Source: the human T2T-CHM13v2.0 reference genome, Homo sapiens. Taken from it: 64,000 bases of DNA. The notes beneath the pieces were generated by a model that was given only the letters and a program-made list of their open reading frames with translations, was not told the origin of the DNA and made no database searches. Below, piece by piece: positions 27,103 to 39,194 of this stretch. The stretch lies in NCBI RefSeq assembly GCF_009914755.1, contig NC_060940.1; one strand, written 5' to 3'. Both the position numbers and the translations under genes were made by a program. The first letter of the stretch is position 1, and the number at the start of each line of letters is the position of its first letter.

Positions 27103-29719
27103 TGCTGCAGGCCTGAGGCCTCACCTGGGTGGTACAACCTGCTGGCGGAGGAAAGAGCTGCCGTAGCCCAGGTGGGACTGGGGGGTCCCCATGATCCCCC
27201 AGGAGGGTGGGGGTCTTGTGTGGGAGTCTCTCACCAGCTCCAGACGCGGTTTCCAGGGCATATTCACTCAAATTCCTCATCCTCACCTTCCCCCAAGTGC
27301 AGGCCCGGCAGTGGCTTCTACGTGGGGCTGGGAGGGGGCAGGTCTTTGGTGCTCATGGGACGTCACTCCACACTGGGCACTGGTCCAGGTGCCAGGGGAC
27401 AGAGTGGGCACCCCAGCGGGTTGTGTGGGTGAGGGCCTCAGCACTGCCCCCACCTCCCATCCTGAAGGCTGGAGTAGCCTGGGAAGCTGCATTTTAATGA
27501 GCACCCCATTTTAACAGAGTGCCCACTGAAGCTCGAGACCACGGCCAGGAGGGTCAGCCAGGGCCCCAGGGGCGGGACTCAGGCCCCTGCAGAAGGCCCC
27601 ATCCTTGAAACCCTTTGAGGGTCTCCCTGTTTCTCTCTGGACCCCGGGCCACGCTCTGCCCTTGGCAGCTGCAGCCTGCATCTCACTCCAGACGCCTTGG
27701 TGGGAAGCCCCTGCTGCCGGGTCCCCAGGCTGGAATCCGCAGGATGTCAGGGCACCCTGTGCTCTTGGGGACGCTCTGCGGTAGCTCCCTGAGGCTCTCA
27801 GACACCAGGACACCCTCCCAGCCCAGTCCCAGCGACACATGCCGGCAGCGCCTGCGCCAGTGTTTTCTTCTCCTGTCGGGAGGCTGGTGACCCGCTGTGC
27901 TGCCCCGGTGGGGGGCTGATCTCTGACCTCCTGTCTGGCGGGCTGTGCTGCACCAGCCAGGGCCGGGAGGTGCACGTGGACCCGTGTTTATTGGAATCCT
28001 GCTGTGATCAGACCCGGGGGCGACGTCGAGACCCACCAGGCCCCGTGGCCTCCTGTGAACATCTGCAGGCTGTTGGGGGCAGCGGTCGACGGAACAAGTG
28101 TGGGGCGGCCCGGGCTTCCCGGAGGAAGCGTTGCTTGAGCTGCCAGGGGAGTTACCTGCAGAAAGGGAGGTGGGGTGCACCAGGCAGGGGGGCAGCCAGG
28201 GCAAACGCCTGATGCTCAGAGGGTGACAGTGGGCAGCGGGGCCCTTTGGAGGAGCGGAGGGAGGGCCCTGTTGGCTGCAGGGCAGAGTGCCCCACACTCC
28301 TCCTGGCCGCCACCCCCAGGGCCCAGCCCAGTCCGGGGACTAAGACGAGAGGCCTCTGGGGTGTTCCAGGTGAGCTGGAGTCAGCCCCTGTTGCTTTTGA
28401 ATAATTACAGGGGAGTCAGCCCAGTGACCAAGCCTCTGCCTGGTGGGGGAGGGGCACGGGCTTTGTGTCCGGGAGCTGCTGTCCTCAGCCTCAGGAGAGG
28501 GGGTGTCACGGGCCGTGGGACAGGTCACAGTTAGGGTGGGGTCCCTGGAGAGGGGTCTGAGGACCGTCCCTGCGGAGTCCATCCAGCCACCATCGGTTGC
28601 CATGGCTACTGGCAGCCCCTAATCCTCACGGTGCTGGGTTTGACCTCTGCAGCGTCCCAGGCGGGCATGACCTCATTTGATCCTCCTGGGGTGGGTGGGA
28701 CTGAGGCCAGGGGACTCCTGCCCAGAACTCAGGGTGGCCGATGTGGGGAGGGGCACTGTGGGGCCGACAGGTCCCCTCTCTGGCCATCAGGCCCCCAGGA
28801 GGGCCCAGGTGCTTGGAGGTGGGGGGTGTCCCAGCTTGATGTTGGGGATGTGAGTAGATCCAGCGCCCACCCACCCGCAGGGCTGAGCTCCCACTGGGCG
28901 CTGGGCCGTGACTCGCACACCGGACCCTGCACCCCTGGGGCACCCAGTGATTCCAGAACAGTGGGACCCCAGAGGCTTCTCAGGGAGCCCCAGAACATGA
29001 CAGATGGGGGCCCAGGTGCGAGGCAGTGGGAGCTGGAGGAACACAGCCAGGGGCTGAGGCGAGAACCATGAGGATGGTGGGCAGAGGCTGAGGGGAGGGG
29101 CAGCAGATGGAGATGGGGGAGGCGTTAGGGGTCACAAAGGGGGTTCTCAGAGGATCTGCCTTGGGAAGCCACTGCTGTGGGAGGGTGGGAGGGATACAGC
29201 CCAGGTACCTCCAGAGAGGATGGAAAGGCTTATGGGGCGGATTCTGGGCAGGGGACCTGGGACCAGCCTGCAGCCTCCCCTGAGGGCCTGGCCATGGCCG
29301 CAGGCTGGGGAGGAGGGGAGGGGACCTTGGGGCCAGGTGCCATGGTCCTCTAAGCACTCTTGCTCGATGGTAAACATAACACGCGCTGCTTGCAGAACAT
29401 GTGGAAACACTGAAACGCTTAAAGGAGAGAACATGGTCCCGGTACCCGGCCTTCAAGGGAGCTGCTGGCGCCTGTTCAACAGGAGCCGACCCCACCTGTG
29501 AACAGACGGCAGGCGGCTGCTCCCATGTCCCCTCAGAGAGGGGCCCTCCGAGTTCTGCTGTCACCTGGGGGCGCCTCACTTCATTCAGCCAGTGGCGGGG
29601 CTCCCTGGGTCGGCACAGAGTCAGGGGAGGGGGCTGGGGGACCTCCTGGTGGGAAAATGTCCGGTGATCCCCAGCCTCCGCGCTCAGCGGGAGGAGGCGC
29701 TCACGGCGGGCCCGGGGAT

Positions 29720-29850
29720 CAGCATCCCGGGAGCTTCTCAGGAATGCAGATTCCCAGGCCCTCACTGCCTGGGGAGTCGGGGGCCCAGCTCGAGGCCCAG
29801 GAATCTGCTTTGAGGACCCAGGTGACTCTACTGCCTGCCTGAGAACCCCA
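29720..29850. mobile_element. MER5-like DNA transposon fragment
   Basis: gcagattcccaggccc...gcccaggaatctgc...caggtgactc...tgagaacc. Confidence 0.5.
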
Positions 29851-30279
29851 CCTTAGGTGAGGGACTAAGGTGTACCCATGGATTCATTTCAGGGGAAATA
29901 AAAAGAACAACTTAGCAGGTAGTCTATGCTTAAATATGTGTAGGATCCACAAATAAGGCATGGATAAAACCCGAGTGGAGTGTCCTGGAAATCCCACGAC
30001 CACGGACCCCCCTCGCTGGGGCTGCCTGCCGCCCCCACCAGCCTCCACACACCCACTTATCTCCACAACCCCAGCCCACCCCTCAGAGACGTCTGCAGAG
30101 CCCCTGACCCTCTCCCCTTGAACAAGGACCCTCCACCCTCTTCAGACTCTCGACGAGGGACCCCCTGGACTCCTGCTGGCGGCAGGACCCCCACCCCAAG
30201 CTGGGGTCTACCACAGAGCGGACAGCAAGAAAATAGGGTGGGGGCGCAGGCGATCATGGGGTCACTGCCAGTGGGACCA

Positions 30280-30700
30280 GGGCTGTGGGCGAGTGCGCCA
30301 GGGTTCCCGGAGGCGAGACGTGGGACCCGGGAGTCGAGCAGGTGAAGCGGCCCTGCCCCGCCCCCACCAGGCACTGGCCCCGCCCCCGCCCCGCCCCGCC
30401 CCCTCCCAGCCGGCGCCCGGGAGCCCGGAGCCAGTGCCGCGCGGACATCGGGGCTCCCCCGTTCAGAGGGCGCCGCCGCCCAGGTGAGTGCCGCCCGCCC
30501 CTGTCCCCCTCCCGCGCAGGCACCCCCTGCCCTCGGCTGTTATCCCCACTGGGGGTTTCACCCTGTGTGCGCAGCCCCGGCCCGGGGTCCCGCCGTGCGC
30601 CCCCAGCCCGCTGCACGCACTGTCCCCCACGCGCCCTCCGCACACCCGCGGGGCTCTCCTGCCGCCGCCGGGGGTCCCTCCCCTCCCGTTCCATCCACTC
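30280..30700 (+). promoter_or_regulatory. CpG island / distal SSTR5 promoter with tandem Sp/KLF GC boxes
   Basis: High CpG density; repeated GCCCCGCCCC at 30355-30402. Confidence 0.75.
30400..30483 (+). other. SSTR5: Probable SSTR5 non-coding exon 1 (start approximate)
   Basis: Consensus donor CAG|GTGAGT (GT at 30484) in a CpG island after stacked GC boxes. It pairs with the acceptor tcccttcttctcttgcAG| (AG 36597-36598), 27 nt upstream of the ATG. Fits my recollection of a two-exon SSTR5 transcript with a ~6 kb 5'UTR intron. Confidence 0.7.
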
Positions 30701-32477
30701 CCAGCAGCTCCATCCCTCCCATCTCCTGCCCCCACCCCACAACTCACCATCTGCAGGCACCCCGTGTGCCAAGGTCAGCCCAGAAGCCACAGGGGACCCA
30801 GATGGCCCCACTCTGCCCACCGCGCCGCTCCCGGCCTCTCCTCCCCACGACGGGGGCCACAGCGGGGCTGGCTCCTGGAGCTGGAGGAGGGTGGGTAGGG
30901 CTGGGGAGGGCTCGGAGCCTGGGGCTGGGGGCCGGAAGTGGCACTCAGGCCACAGGGAACCACTGGGCCACGGAAGGAGGGTCCCAGGGTGCCCGTGGCA
31001 CCCAGCGAGGGGAGGATCCGCAATTTGGGTGCCGCGGGAGGCAACTGGTGCCTGCGCGCAGCTGGGTCGGTGAGCTCCTGGAAGGCAGCAGGCAGAGGCC
31101 AGCACCCAGGGGCCCTGTGACCTGGCACTCACAGATGGGTTCCCTGAAACCCAAGACTGGGGAGGCTGGGGTGCCACCCCGCCCGCTGCGAACAGAGCCC
31201 CCTCCTGTCCAAGGCACCGCGTGTACCTGGAATCCTCCTGGCGTCTTCACCCTCTCCAGAATAGAGAACACGCCACTGGGGTGTGTGCCCTTGGCCCTCC
31301 TCCCCCACCCCAGACCCACCCACGTGCCCGACCCGCTGTCCCCAGCCTGCCAGCCTGCCTGGGGCCCCCTCAAGGGCAAGAGAGCGGAGTGCATGGTGAC
31401 AGAAGTTGGGGATGGTTCCAGCGAGGCTGAGCCCTTTCTGAAGGGAGTGATTCTGGACTATGTAGGTGGGGACTGCCAGAGCCTCCTGGGCAGAAACTGG
31501 TCAACAGCACCAAGGACAGGCGCCTGGCGTTGATTTCCAGAGCGAGACCCAGCGAGGCTGTCAGGAGGTGCCTGGTGTGGAGGGTGCCCCGAGAAGCGTT
31601 CGCGGAGCACGCGGGACCCCTGCTGCTGCTGCTCCAGGCTGGCCCACACCTGCCTCAGTTTCCCTCTCCTGGGGAGGGTATGTGCCCCTGGCCACAGGCT
31701 GCCGCAGGGACAGGTGGCGTGTATGTGGGGGACAGGCAGGGGTGCCATTGGCTGCACTCACAGAGCTGGACCCCAAGGGGGCAGTGGCCTGCCACCAGGC
31801 CACCCTTACGACAGAGGAAACAGGTCAGAACGCTTGTCCTGGGAGCACAGGCCTGGCTCCGGGGCCTTTGGAGGGGCTGGGGCCTGTAGTCTTAGCTAGG
31901 GTGTCCCCCGACGTTTGCCCCTGCCCAGCACACATTGGAGGAGCCCGGGTGGGTCTGCAGCCTCTCCAGGGTGCGGCGTGGGCCCCGGCCGTGTGAGCCG
32001 CTGCCTCCCCGAGCAGCAGGTTCCGCAGCCCCTCCAAACTGCAGCCGCATCGCTGCCCCCCGTGAAGGAGCCGACTCCCCGACCTCGTGCTGGGTTAGCC
32101 TGGAAGGAGTTGGCAGGGTGCAGGCTAGACCTCCACCCAGTCATGGAGGACTTGGTGCTGAGGCCCCACCTCTGGTCCCAGGCCCCTGTGAAGACTGCCC
32201 CCTTCTCCGAGGAGCCCAGCGGCCTCCTGGATGCTGGGGAAATGCTGGGCTGCTTAGGGCAGCTTGTGGGAGCAATCGTTGAGCGCCCAGTGTATGCCAG
32301 CCCCGCTGTGGTCCCCGTCGTGGGGAGGTGAGGCCGGGAGCGGTGCTGTGGGCAGACTGGGGCCATCTGGGTCCCCTGTGGCTTCTGGGCTGACCCTGGC
32401 ACACCGGGCACCTGCAGATGGTGAGTTGTGGGGTGGGGGCAGGAGATGGGAGGGATGGATGCTGCTGGGAGTGGATG
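30692..32477. repeat. Inverted duplication: arms 30692-30872 and 32296-32477
   Basis: Reverse complements with about 10 differences in ~181 bp. Confidence 0.95.
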
Positions 32478-33023
32478 CACGCAGCACCCTGCACACAGAA
32501 GCTCACTCAGTTTCATCAGCTCAGCAACCCTACAGTTTGCAGGAGTTGCCTATCCCAGAAGCTGGGCTCAGAGAAGCCCGTGACTTACCCCAGACCACGC
32601 AGCCCGTGTGGGGAGTGGTCAGGGGCCGGGGTCTCTCCCAGTGCCATGTCAGGCTGAGCAGATCCCTTCGTGGCCGAGGGCTCGGGATCAGAAAGCTCCT
32701 ACTGCTGGCTCCCCCTCCAGTGAATCCCCCACCCACAAGGGACAGGGCCACCGGGACAACTCCCCGTGAGTGCGTAATTTTATGATTCAGAGGATACTGC
32801 TTCCAAATAACGGCTCTTGCAGAATTATGTTCCAAGAGTCAGGTACAGCAATAATGGTCTATTTGTGTCCTTTGCTGCTCTGAAGTCTAACTCCGGAGGT
32901 GGAGCACTGGGGGCCGCAGAGCCGGGGACCTGGCAGCCTGTGGAGCCCCTCGCTGGGCTCTGGGCATGGGAGTGGCCTTGGAGGAACCCTGAGGCTCCTC
33001 TGAAGCTAAGAAGCTACAAAGAC

Positions 33024-33143
33024 AGGGAGGCTGAGGCAGGAGGATCACTTGAGCACAGGTCGAGGCTGCAGTGAGCTGTGATCACAGCACCACTTCGATC
33101 CAGCTCGGGCAACAGAGCAAGACCCCATCTCGAAAACAAAAAA
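33024..33143 (+). mobile_element. Partial Alu (right monomer)
   Basis: gggaggctgaggcaggaggatcacttgagc...gggcaacagagcaagaccccatctc. Confidence 0.8.
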
Positions 33144-33496
33144 TCAAACAGGCATTTGGGAACCACACGTGCTGGGGACCCAGGGCCTGTGTTGGAGATG
33201 GACCGGAGCCCGACAGCCGCCCTCTCCCTGTCCCACCATCGGTGGCTCCTCTGTCCCCTCCACCTGGCCTCCTTGCTACGGAGGAATGGGCCGAAAGTGC
33301 CTCCCCAGGGAGGGTGCAGCTCAGAGGCCTCTGCACCTGGGCCGCCATCCCACCCACCTGGACTCCCACGCAGCCCGCGGGCTGTCTCCAGACCACTGTC
33401 CTTCCGGAATGCATGCTCCACAGGCAGCCAGAGGGAGCCGCAAACATGGCGTGTTGGATTTCCATGCTGGTCCCTGGGGAGCGGAGAGCCACAGGC

Positions 33497-34108
33497 CTCT
33501 TCCCCTCCCTCTCCCTCTCCCTCCCTCCCTCTCTCCCCCTACCCTGTCTCTCTCTCTCCCCCCCCACTCTCTCTCCCTCCCTCTCTCCCCCCACCCTGTC
33601 TTTCTCTCTCCCTCCCCACCTCCCCCTCTCTCTCCCTCCCCCTCCTCCCCTCCCCCTCCCTTTCCCTCCCTCTCTCCCTCTCTCCTCCCCGCCTCCCCAT
33701 CCCTCTCCCTCTCCCTCCTCTCTCTCTCCCCTACCCTGTCTTTCTCTCTGCCTCCCCGCCTCCCCTTCCCTCTCCCCATACCCTGTCTTTCTCTCTCCCT
33801 CCCCGCCTCCCCCTCCCTCTCCCCCCACCTTTTCTCTCTCCCTCCCCACCTCCCCCTCCCTCTCCCTCCCCCCTCACCTCCCCTCCCTTTCCCTCCCTCT
33901 CTCCCTCTCTCCTCCCCTCCCCCTCCCTCTCCCTCCCTCTCTCCCTCTCTCCTCCCCGCCTCCCCCTCCCTCTCCCCCATACCCTATCTTTCTCTCTCCC
34001 TCCCTGCCACCCCCTCCCTCTCCCTCTCCCTCTCCCTCTCCCTCTCCCTCCCTCTCTCCCCACACCCTGTCTTTCTTTCTCCCTCCCCACCTCCCCTCTT
34101 CTCCCACC
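33497..34108. repeat. CT-rich low-complexity polypyrimidine tract (~600 bp)
   Basis: Almost only C/T on +, with a recurring accctgtctttctctct core. Confidence 0.95.
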
Positions 34109-35009
34109 CCCGGGGTCTGCGTGGAGGCCACTGCTCCGTCCCTGCTGAGGATTCTGCTGCACTCTGGCTCCTGCCTGTGGGAATCCGTCCTGTCTCTCTG
34201 GCTGGTGTCTCTCTGGCTGGCGTCCCTGCCCAGATGCCGCAGCTTGATGGGGATGCTCTTTCATTCCTTTATGCTGCTTGGGACAGGTGCGCTCCCAGAA
34301 GGGATCCTGTCGCCAGTTCTGGGGGAGCCCAGCCATGCTCTCCCCCTGCCCACCCCACAGAGCCCTCTCTGGACCTTGTGCCAGCACCCTGCTCCAGTGA
34401 ATCTTTCAACCCTCTTCCCATTCACCAATTCTCTCTTCAGTGCTGTCCACACTGGAGTTGGTTCTGACCACTTTTGTAGTGTTTTTTTCCACTTAAATGA
34501 TTGTATTTTTTACATCCAGGATTTGTAATTTTTAAAAATAGATGCCTGTTCATTTTACTCCTTAGACAGAAGCCAAATGTATTTCCTAACATTTTATCCA
34601 TGCTGTCTCTGTGGATCCTGCACATATTTAAACATAGCCTAAGCGTACCTGTTTGCTCGTTATTTTTATCTCCCTGAGATGGATCCATGGGTCCACTGGC
34701 CCTGTTGATTTTCTGAGTCGTATTTCTTAGTGTGTTTGGGCCATGCGAGCTTGGGGATGTTGATTTCTAGGTTTGTTGGGGACAGAGGGCTTTCTCTTTG
34801 TGCTGTCAGCCTTGTGTTCTGGGCTCCCCCGTCCCCAGCTCTCCTTTCCTTGTCTACCAGATTTCAGTGGCCTTGGCCCAGCCCCACAGCCCCCAGCCAG
34901 GACTGTGGCCTTTCCTGGCAGCTGCTGGGGTCGTCCTGTGCTCTGAGGTGCCTCCAGGGTCAGGGCCGGTCAGCTGAGCAGCCCCAGGGCTCCAGACGGC
35001 ACATGCTGA

Positions 35010-35500
<491 letters not shown>

Positions 35501-36419
35501 TGATTTCAAACATGCAGAAAAATACAAAAACAATATACGAGGTACACACGTGCCCATGGCCTTGGACCCACAGACGTCACCATTCCCAGCCCACCCTTCT
35601 CCATGGACACCCCTCCCTCCCCTCCCCCAAGTCTCCCCTGTTCTCTCTCTGGGCCACAGTGGGGGGTTCCAGGGCCTGGGAGGGGGCTCAAAGCTCCGAT
35701 GGGACTGGGCAGTGTCAGGTGGCTGCAGCCCCCATACGCTATGCCTCTGACCCGCCCACACCCCCCACCGCGGCTTCTCCTCCGGGCTGCAGGGTGTGCA
35801 GCCCCCGCCCGCAGTCCCCCCTCCTTCGCCCTGTGTGACTCCTGGGGCTCCGTGTGACCACTCTGTGTGGTTTGTGTGTTTGCTTCTCTGCAGCCGCCCC
35901 GTGGGGAGGGTGGTGTCTCTCTGGCCCTGTGCTGTGCCCCCGCCTGGGTTTACAGATGTCTGTCATTGCTGTGGGGGTGACGGTCCCTGCGCTGGCCTGG
36001 AGAGAGGTTCGGGGCCAACGGGCAGCGGGCACCCCGGTGAAAGTCCCTCGAGGCTGCGGTGGCGACACCACGTCCAGCCACTTCTCAGGTCGTCCTAGCC
36101 AGGTGCCATTCATCCCAGGCGGACAGGGGGCCGACCACCGGCCCCATCTCTCTCCACTGCCACCTCTCCCTGTGTGTCCCGGGAGGGGCCGCCCGCTGGG
36201 CCTCGGCTCCTTACCTGGTAGACGAGGGCAGCAGCACTGCAGGGCAGGCTCTGAGGGGCTTCAGGGAGACGCAGGTGCTGGCCTCAGACTCCAGGATGCT
36301 GCGGCCAGGCCAGGCGCCATCTGGGTGCAGGGGCGGCCACAGGGCAGCTGTCGCCATATCGACAGCAGCCGTCCGTCTGGGCTCCCGGGGCCACCTGCCC
36401 GCCGCTCCTTCCTCTCCTG

Positions 36420-36500
36420 GCTTATTTTCCAAACAATTTGCTTAACGTGATTCCCGGCCAAGCTAAACATGACTAATCGTGTTTACCCGGTGATCCCGCG
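36420..36500. promoter_or_regulatory. Putative bidirectional proximal promoter (SSTR5 short form / SSTR5-AS1)
   Basis: Short AT-rich patch in GC-rich DNA with forkhead-like TAAACA (36464-36469), TGTTTAC (36480-36486) and TAATC. It lies between the antisense donor (36214) and the SSTR5 coding exon. Confidence 0.55.
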
Positions 36501-36625
36501 CCTCCTGGCAGGCGGGGCTGGGGCCCAGGAGGAAGGAATGCCTGCATGTGCTGGTTCAGGGACTCACCACCCTGGCGTCCTCCCTTCTTCTCTTGCAGAG
36601 CCTGACGCACCCCAGGGCTGCCGCC

Positions 36626-37720
36626 ATGGAGCCCCTGTTCCCAGCCTCCACGCCCAGCTGGAACGCCTCCTCCCCGGGGGCTGCCTCTGGAGGCGGTGAC
36701 AACAGGACGCTGGTGGGGCCGGCGCCCTCGGCAGGGGCCCGGGCGGTGCTGGTGCCCGTGCTGTACCTGCTGGTGTGTGCGGCCGGGCTGGGCGGGAACA
36801 CGCTGGTCATCTACGTGGTGCTGCGCTTCGCCAAGATGAAGACCGTCACCAACATCTACATTCTCAACCTGGCAGTGGCCGACGTCCTGTACATGCTGGG
36901 GCTGCCTTTCCTGGCCACGCAGAACGCCGCGTCCTTCTGGCCCTTCGGCCCCGTCCTGTGCCGCCTGGTCATGACGCTGGACGGCGTCAACCAGTTCACC
37001 AGTGTCTTCTGCCTGACAGTCATGAGCGTGGACCGCTACCTGGCAGTGGTGCACCCGCTGAGCTCGGCCCGCTGGCGCCGCCCGCGTGTGGCCAAGCTGG
37101 CGAGCGCCGCGGCCTGGGTCCTGTCTCTGTGCATGTCGCTGCCGCTCCTGGTGTTCGCGGACGTGCAGGAGGGCGGTACCTGCAACGCCAGCTGGCCGGA
37201 GCCCGTGGGGCTGTGGGGCGCCGTCTTCATCATCTACACGGCCGTGCTGGGCTTCTTCGCGCCGCTGCTGGTCATCTGCCTGTGCTACCTGCTCATCGTG
37301 GTGAAGGTGAGGGCGGCGGGCGTGCGCGTGGGCTGCGTGCGGCGGCGCTCGGAGCGGAAGGTGACGCGCATGGTGTTGGTGGTGGTGCTGGTGTTTGCGG
37401 GATGTTGGCTGCCCTTCTTCACCGTCAACATCGTCAACCTGGCCGTGGCGCTGCCCCAGGAGCCCGCCTCCGCCGGCCTCTACTTCTTCGTGGTCATCCT
37501 CTCCTACGCCAACAGCTGTGCCAACCCCGTCCTCTACGGCTTCCTCTCTGACAACTTCCGCCAGAGCTTCCAGAAGGTTCTGTGCCTCCGCAAGGGCTCT
37601 GGTGCCAAGGACGCTGACGCCACGGAGCTGCGTCCAGACAGGATCCGGCAGCAGCAGGAGGCCACGCCGCCCGCGCACCGCGCCGCAGCCAACGGGCTTA
37701 TGCAGACCAGCAAGCTGTGA
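36626..37720 (+). CDS. SSTR5: Somatostatin receptor type 5, class A GPCR, 364 aa, single coding exon
   Basis: ATG in strong Kozak context (gccgccATGG) at 36626. Translation [15 protein letters not shown]...GLMQTSKL*. Seven TM helices with GNxLV, LAVAD, DRY, CWLPFF and NSCANPVLY motifs. The track ORF starts 26 codons early at a GTG upstream of the splice acceptor. Confidence 0.99.
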   Translation: MEPLFPASTPSWNASSPGAASGGGDNRTLVGPAPSAGARAVLVPVLYLLVCAAGLGGNTLVIYVVLRFAKMKTVTNIYILNLAVADVLYMLGLPFLATQNAASFWPFGPVLCRLVMTLDGVNQFTSVFCLTVMSVDRYLAVVHPLSSARWRRPRVAKLASAAAWVLSLCMSLPLLVFADVQEGGTCNASWPEPVGLWGAVFIIYTAVLGFFAPLLVICLCYLLIVVKVRAAGVRVGCVRRRSERKVTRMVLVVVLVFAGCWLPFFTVNIVNLAVALPQEPASAGLYFFVVILSYANSCANPVLYGFLSDNFRQSFQKVLCLRKGSGAKDADATELRPDRIRQQQEATPPAHRAAANGLMQTSKL

Positions 37721-39188
37721 GAGTGCAGGCGGGGGGTGGGCGGCCCCGTGTCACCCCCAGGAGCGGAGGTTGCACTGCGGTGACCCCCACCCATGACCTG
37801 CCAGTCAGGATGCTCCCCGGCGGTGGTGTGAGGACAGAGCTGGCTGAAGCCAGGCTGGGGTAGACACAGGGCAGTAGGTTCCCCACCGTGACCGACCATC
37901 CCCTCTAACCGTCTGCCACACAGCGGGGGCTCCCGGGAGGTAGGGGAGGTGGCCAGACCGGTGGGGGGCTCCGCCATGCCGTGCAAGTGCTCAGGGCCGC
38001 CTCACCCTCCATCTGGCCCCAGCCCATGCCGGCCTTCCCTCTGGGGAGCGACTTTTCCAGAAGGCCGGCCAGGCGAGAGGGTCTTCCTGACGGCGGAGCT
38101 GACCTGCCCGGCCCACCAGCTGCATGTCAGCTCCGAGCCACCGGGTCCCCGTCCAAGGCTGCTCTGCTAAGTTAAAGACACCCGAAAGCGCTTGACTCAG
38201 GTCCCCGGAGTCCCTGGCCAGGGCCCCAGCCCCTCGCTTGCCCTGCACTGTGTGGACTCTGGGGATGCAGGTGTAAGGGGAGTGTGGCTGGGCAGCCCCT
38301 GGTCAGCCAGGGTCACGCCTGTCCTGGGGGCCCCACCCTGCTGCCCGACACCCCCCATGGGAGGCTGCGGGCGGCAGTTGCTGTCTCAGAGAGGGGAGTG
38401 TGGGGGCTTGGGCGCTGGCCTAGCCAGGGGCGAGGTGGGGAGGCGGCTGGTGCAGAGGAGAGCTGGGGGCTGAGGTTGGGGTGAAGGCTGCAGCCCTCCA
38501 GGCTGCTGGGGGTGCAGATGGCTGTGCCGTGCTGAGATTGGCTCTGTCTGGAGGGGTCCAGTGTGGGGTGCCTGAGGGCACTAGGGAGAGGTGCTCCTGC
38601 TGCAGGAGGACCTGAGGGTCAGGGCTTGGAGAGGACAGGGAACCTGCGGCCGTCTCTTCTGCTTTGGGGCAGGGGCTCTGGCCCGGGAGAGGGAACGGGG
38701 ACAGGAGCAGAGGACGGTCATCCAGGCGCAGCGGGGAGCTGCTCCCCAGGCCACAGCAGACAGCACTGCTGAGAGGCAGCGGCCGCGCGGGTGACGCAAA
38801 TGGCAGGCCCTGGGAATCCCGCCGCCTCCCACCTAGAATTGTCCTACCTCCCCCACCCCAAACACCAGCTTTTCCTGGCGCCCCAGGCCCAGAACGTGGG
38901 CCCAGAGAGCCTTGCTGGGGTCTCTGGGGCACCTTGGTCTTGCTCTGAGGCTGGAAGGAGAAGGACCAGGGTGCGGCATCACTCGGCCTCAGGGACCCCT
39001 CTGCCCTGCCCAGCACTGGCCCCGACCCGTGCTCCCGCCGTCTGCCCAGAGCAGGACCTCAACCTCCTGGAGGGCACAGGGAGCGGCTGAGTGGGCACAA
39101 ATCCTGGCAGGAGAAAGGCCCAGGCTGAGGCCAGGCCTGGGAAACATCCGAGCAGTGAGGACACGCGTGTTTGACAACTGCTCCCCTG

Positions 39189-39194
39189 AATAAA
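39189..39194 (+). terminator. SSTR5: SSTR5 polyadenylation signal AATAAA
   Basis: AATAAA ~1.47 kb after the stop, followed by a T/GT-rich downstream element (tgtttgattcttt). Confidence 0.8.

Larger units (their letters stand above)
25839..28790. repeat. Inverted duplication: arms 25839-26006 and 28624-28790
   Basis: The arms are reverse complements, roughly 85-88% identical by manual alignment. Confidence 0.92.

Noticed and set aside
33071-34528. Pro/Ser/Leu-rich and Gly/Glu/Arg-rich ORFs of 220-485 aa
   Set aside because: Translations of the CT-rich low-complexity tract.
36548-36625. 26-codon N-terminal extension of SSTR5
   Set aside because: It starts at a GTG and crosses the intron acceptor; the ATG at 36626 has a strong Kozak context and gives the known 364 aa.
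36473-37678. 401-aa antisense ORF and 258-aa alternative-frame ORF over SSTR5
   Set aside because: Expected shadows of extreme GC3 codon bias; no recognisable domain.
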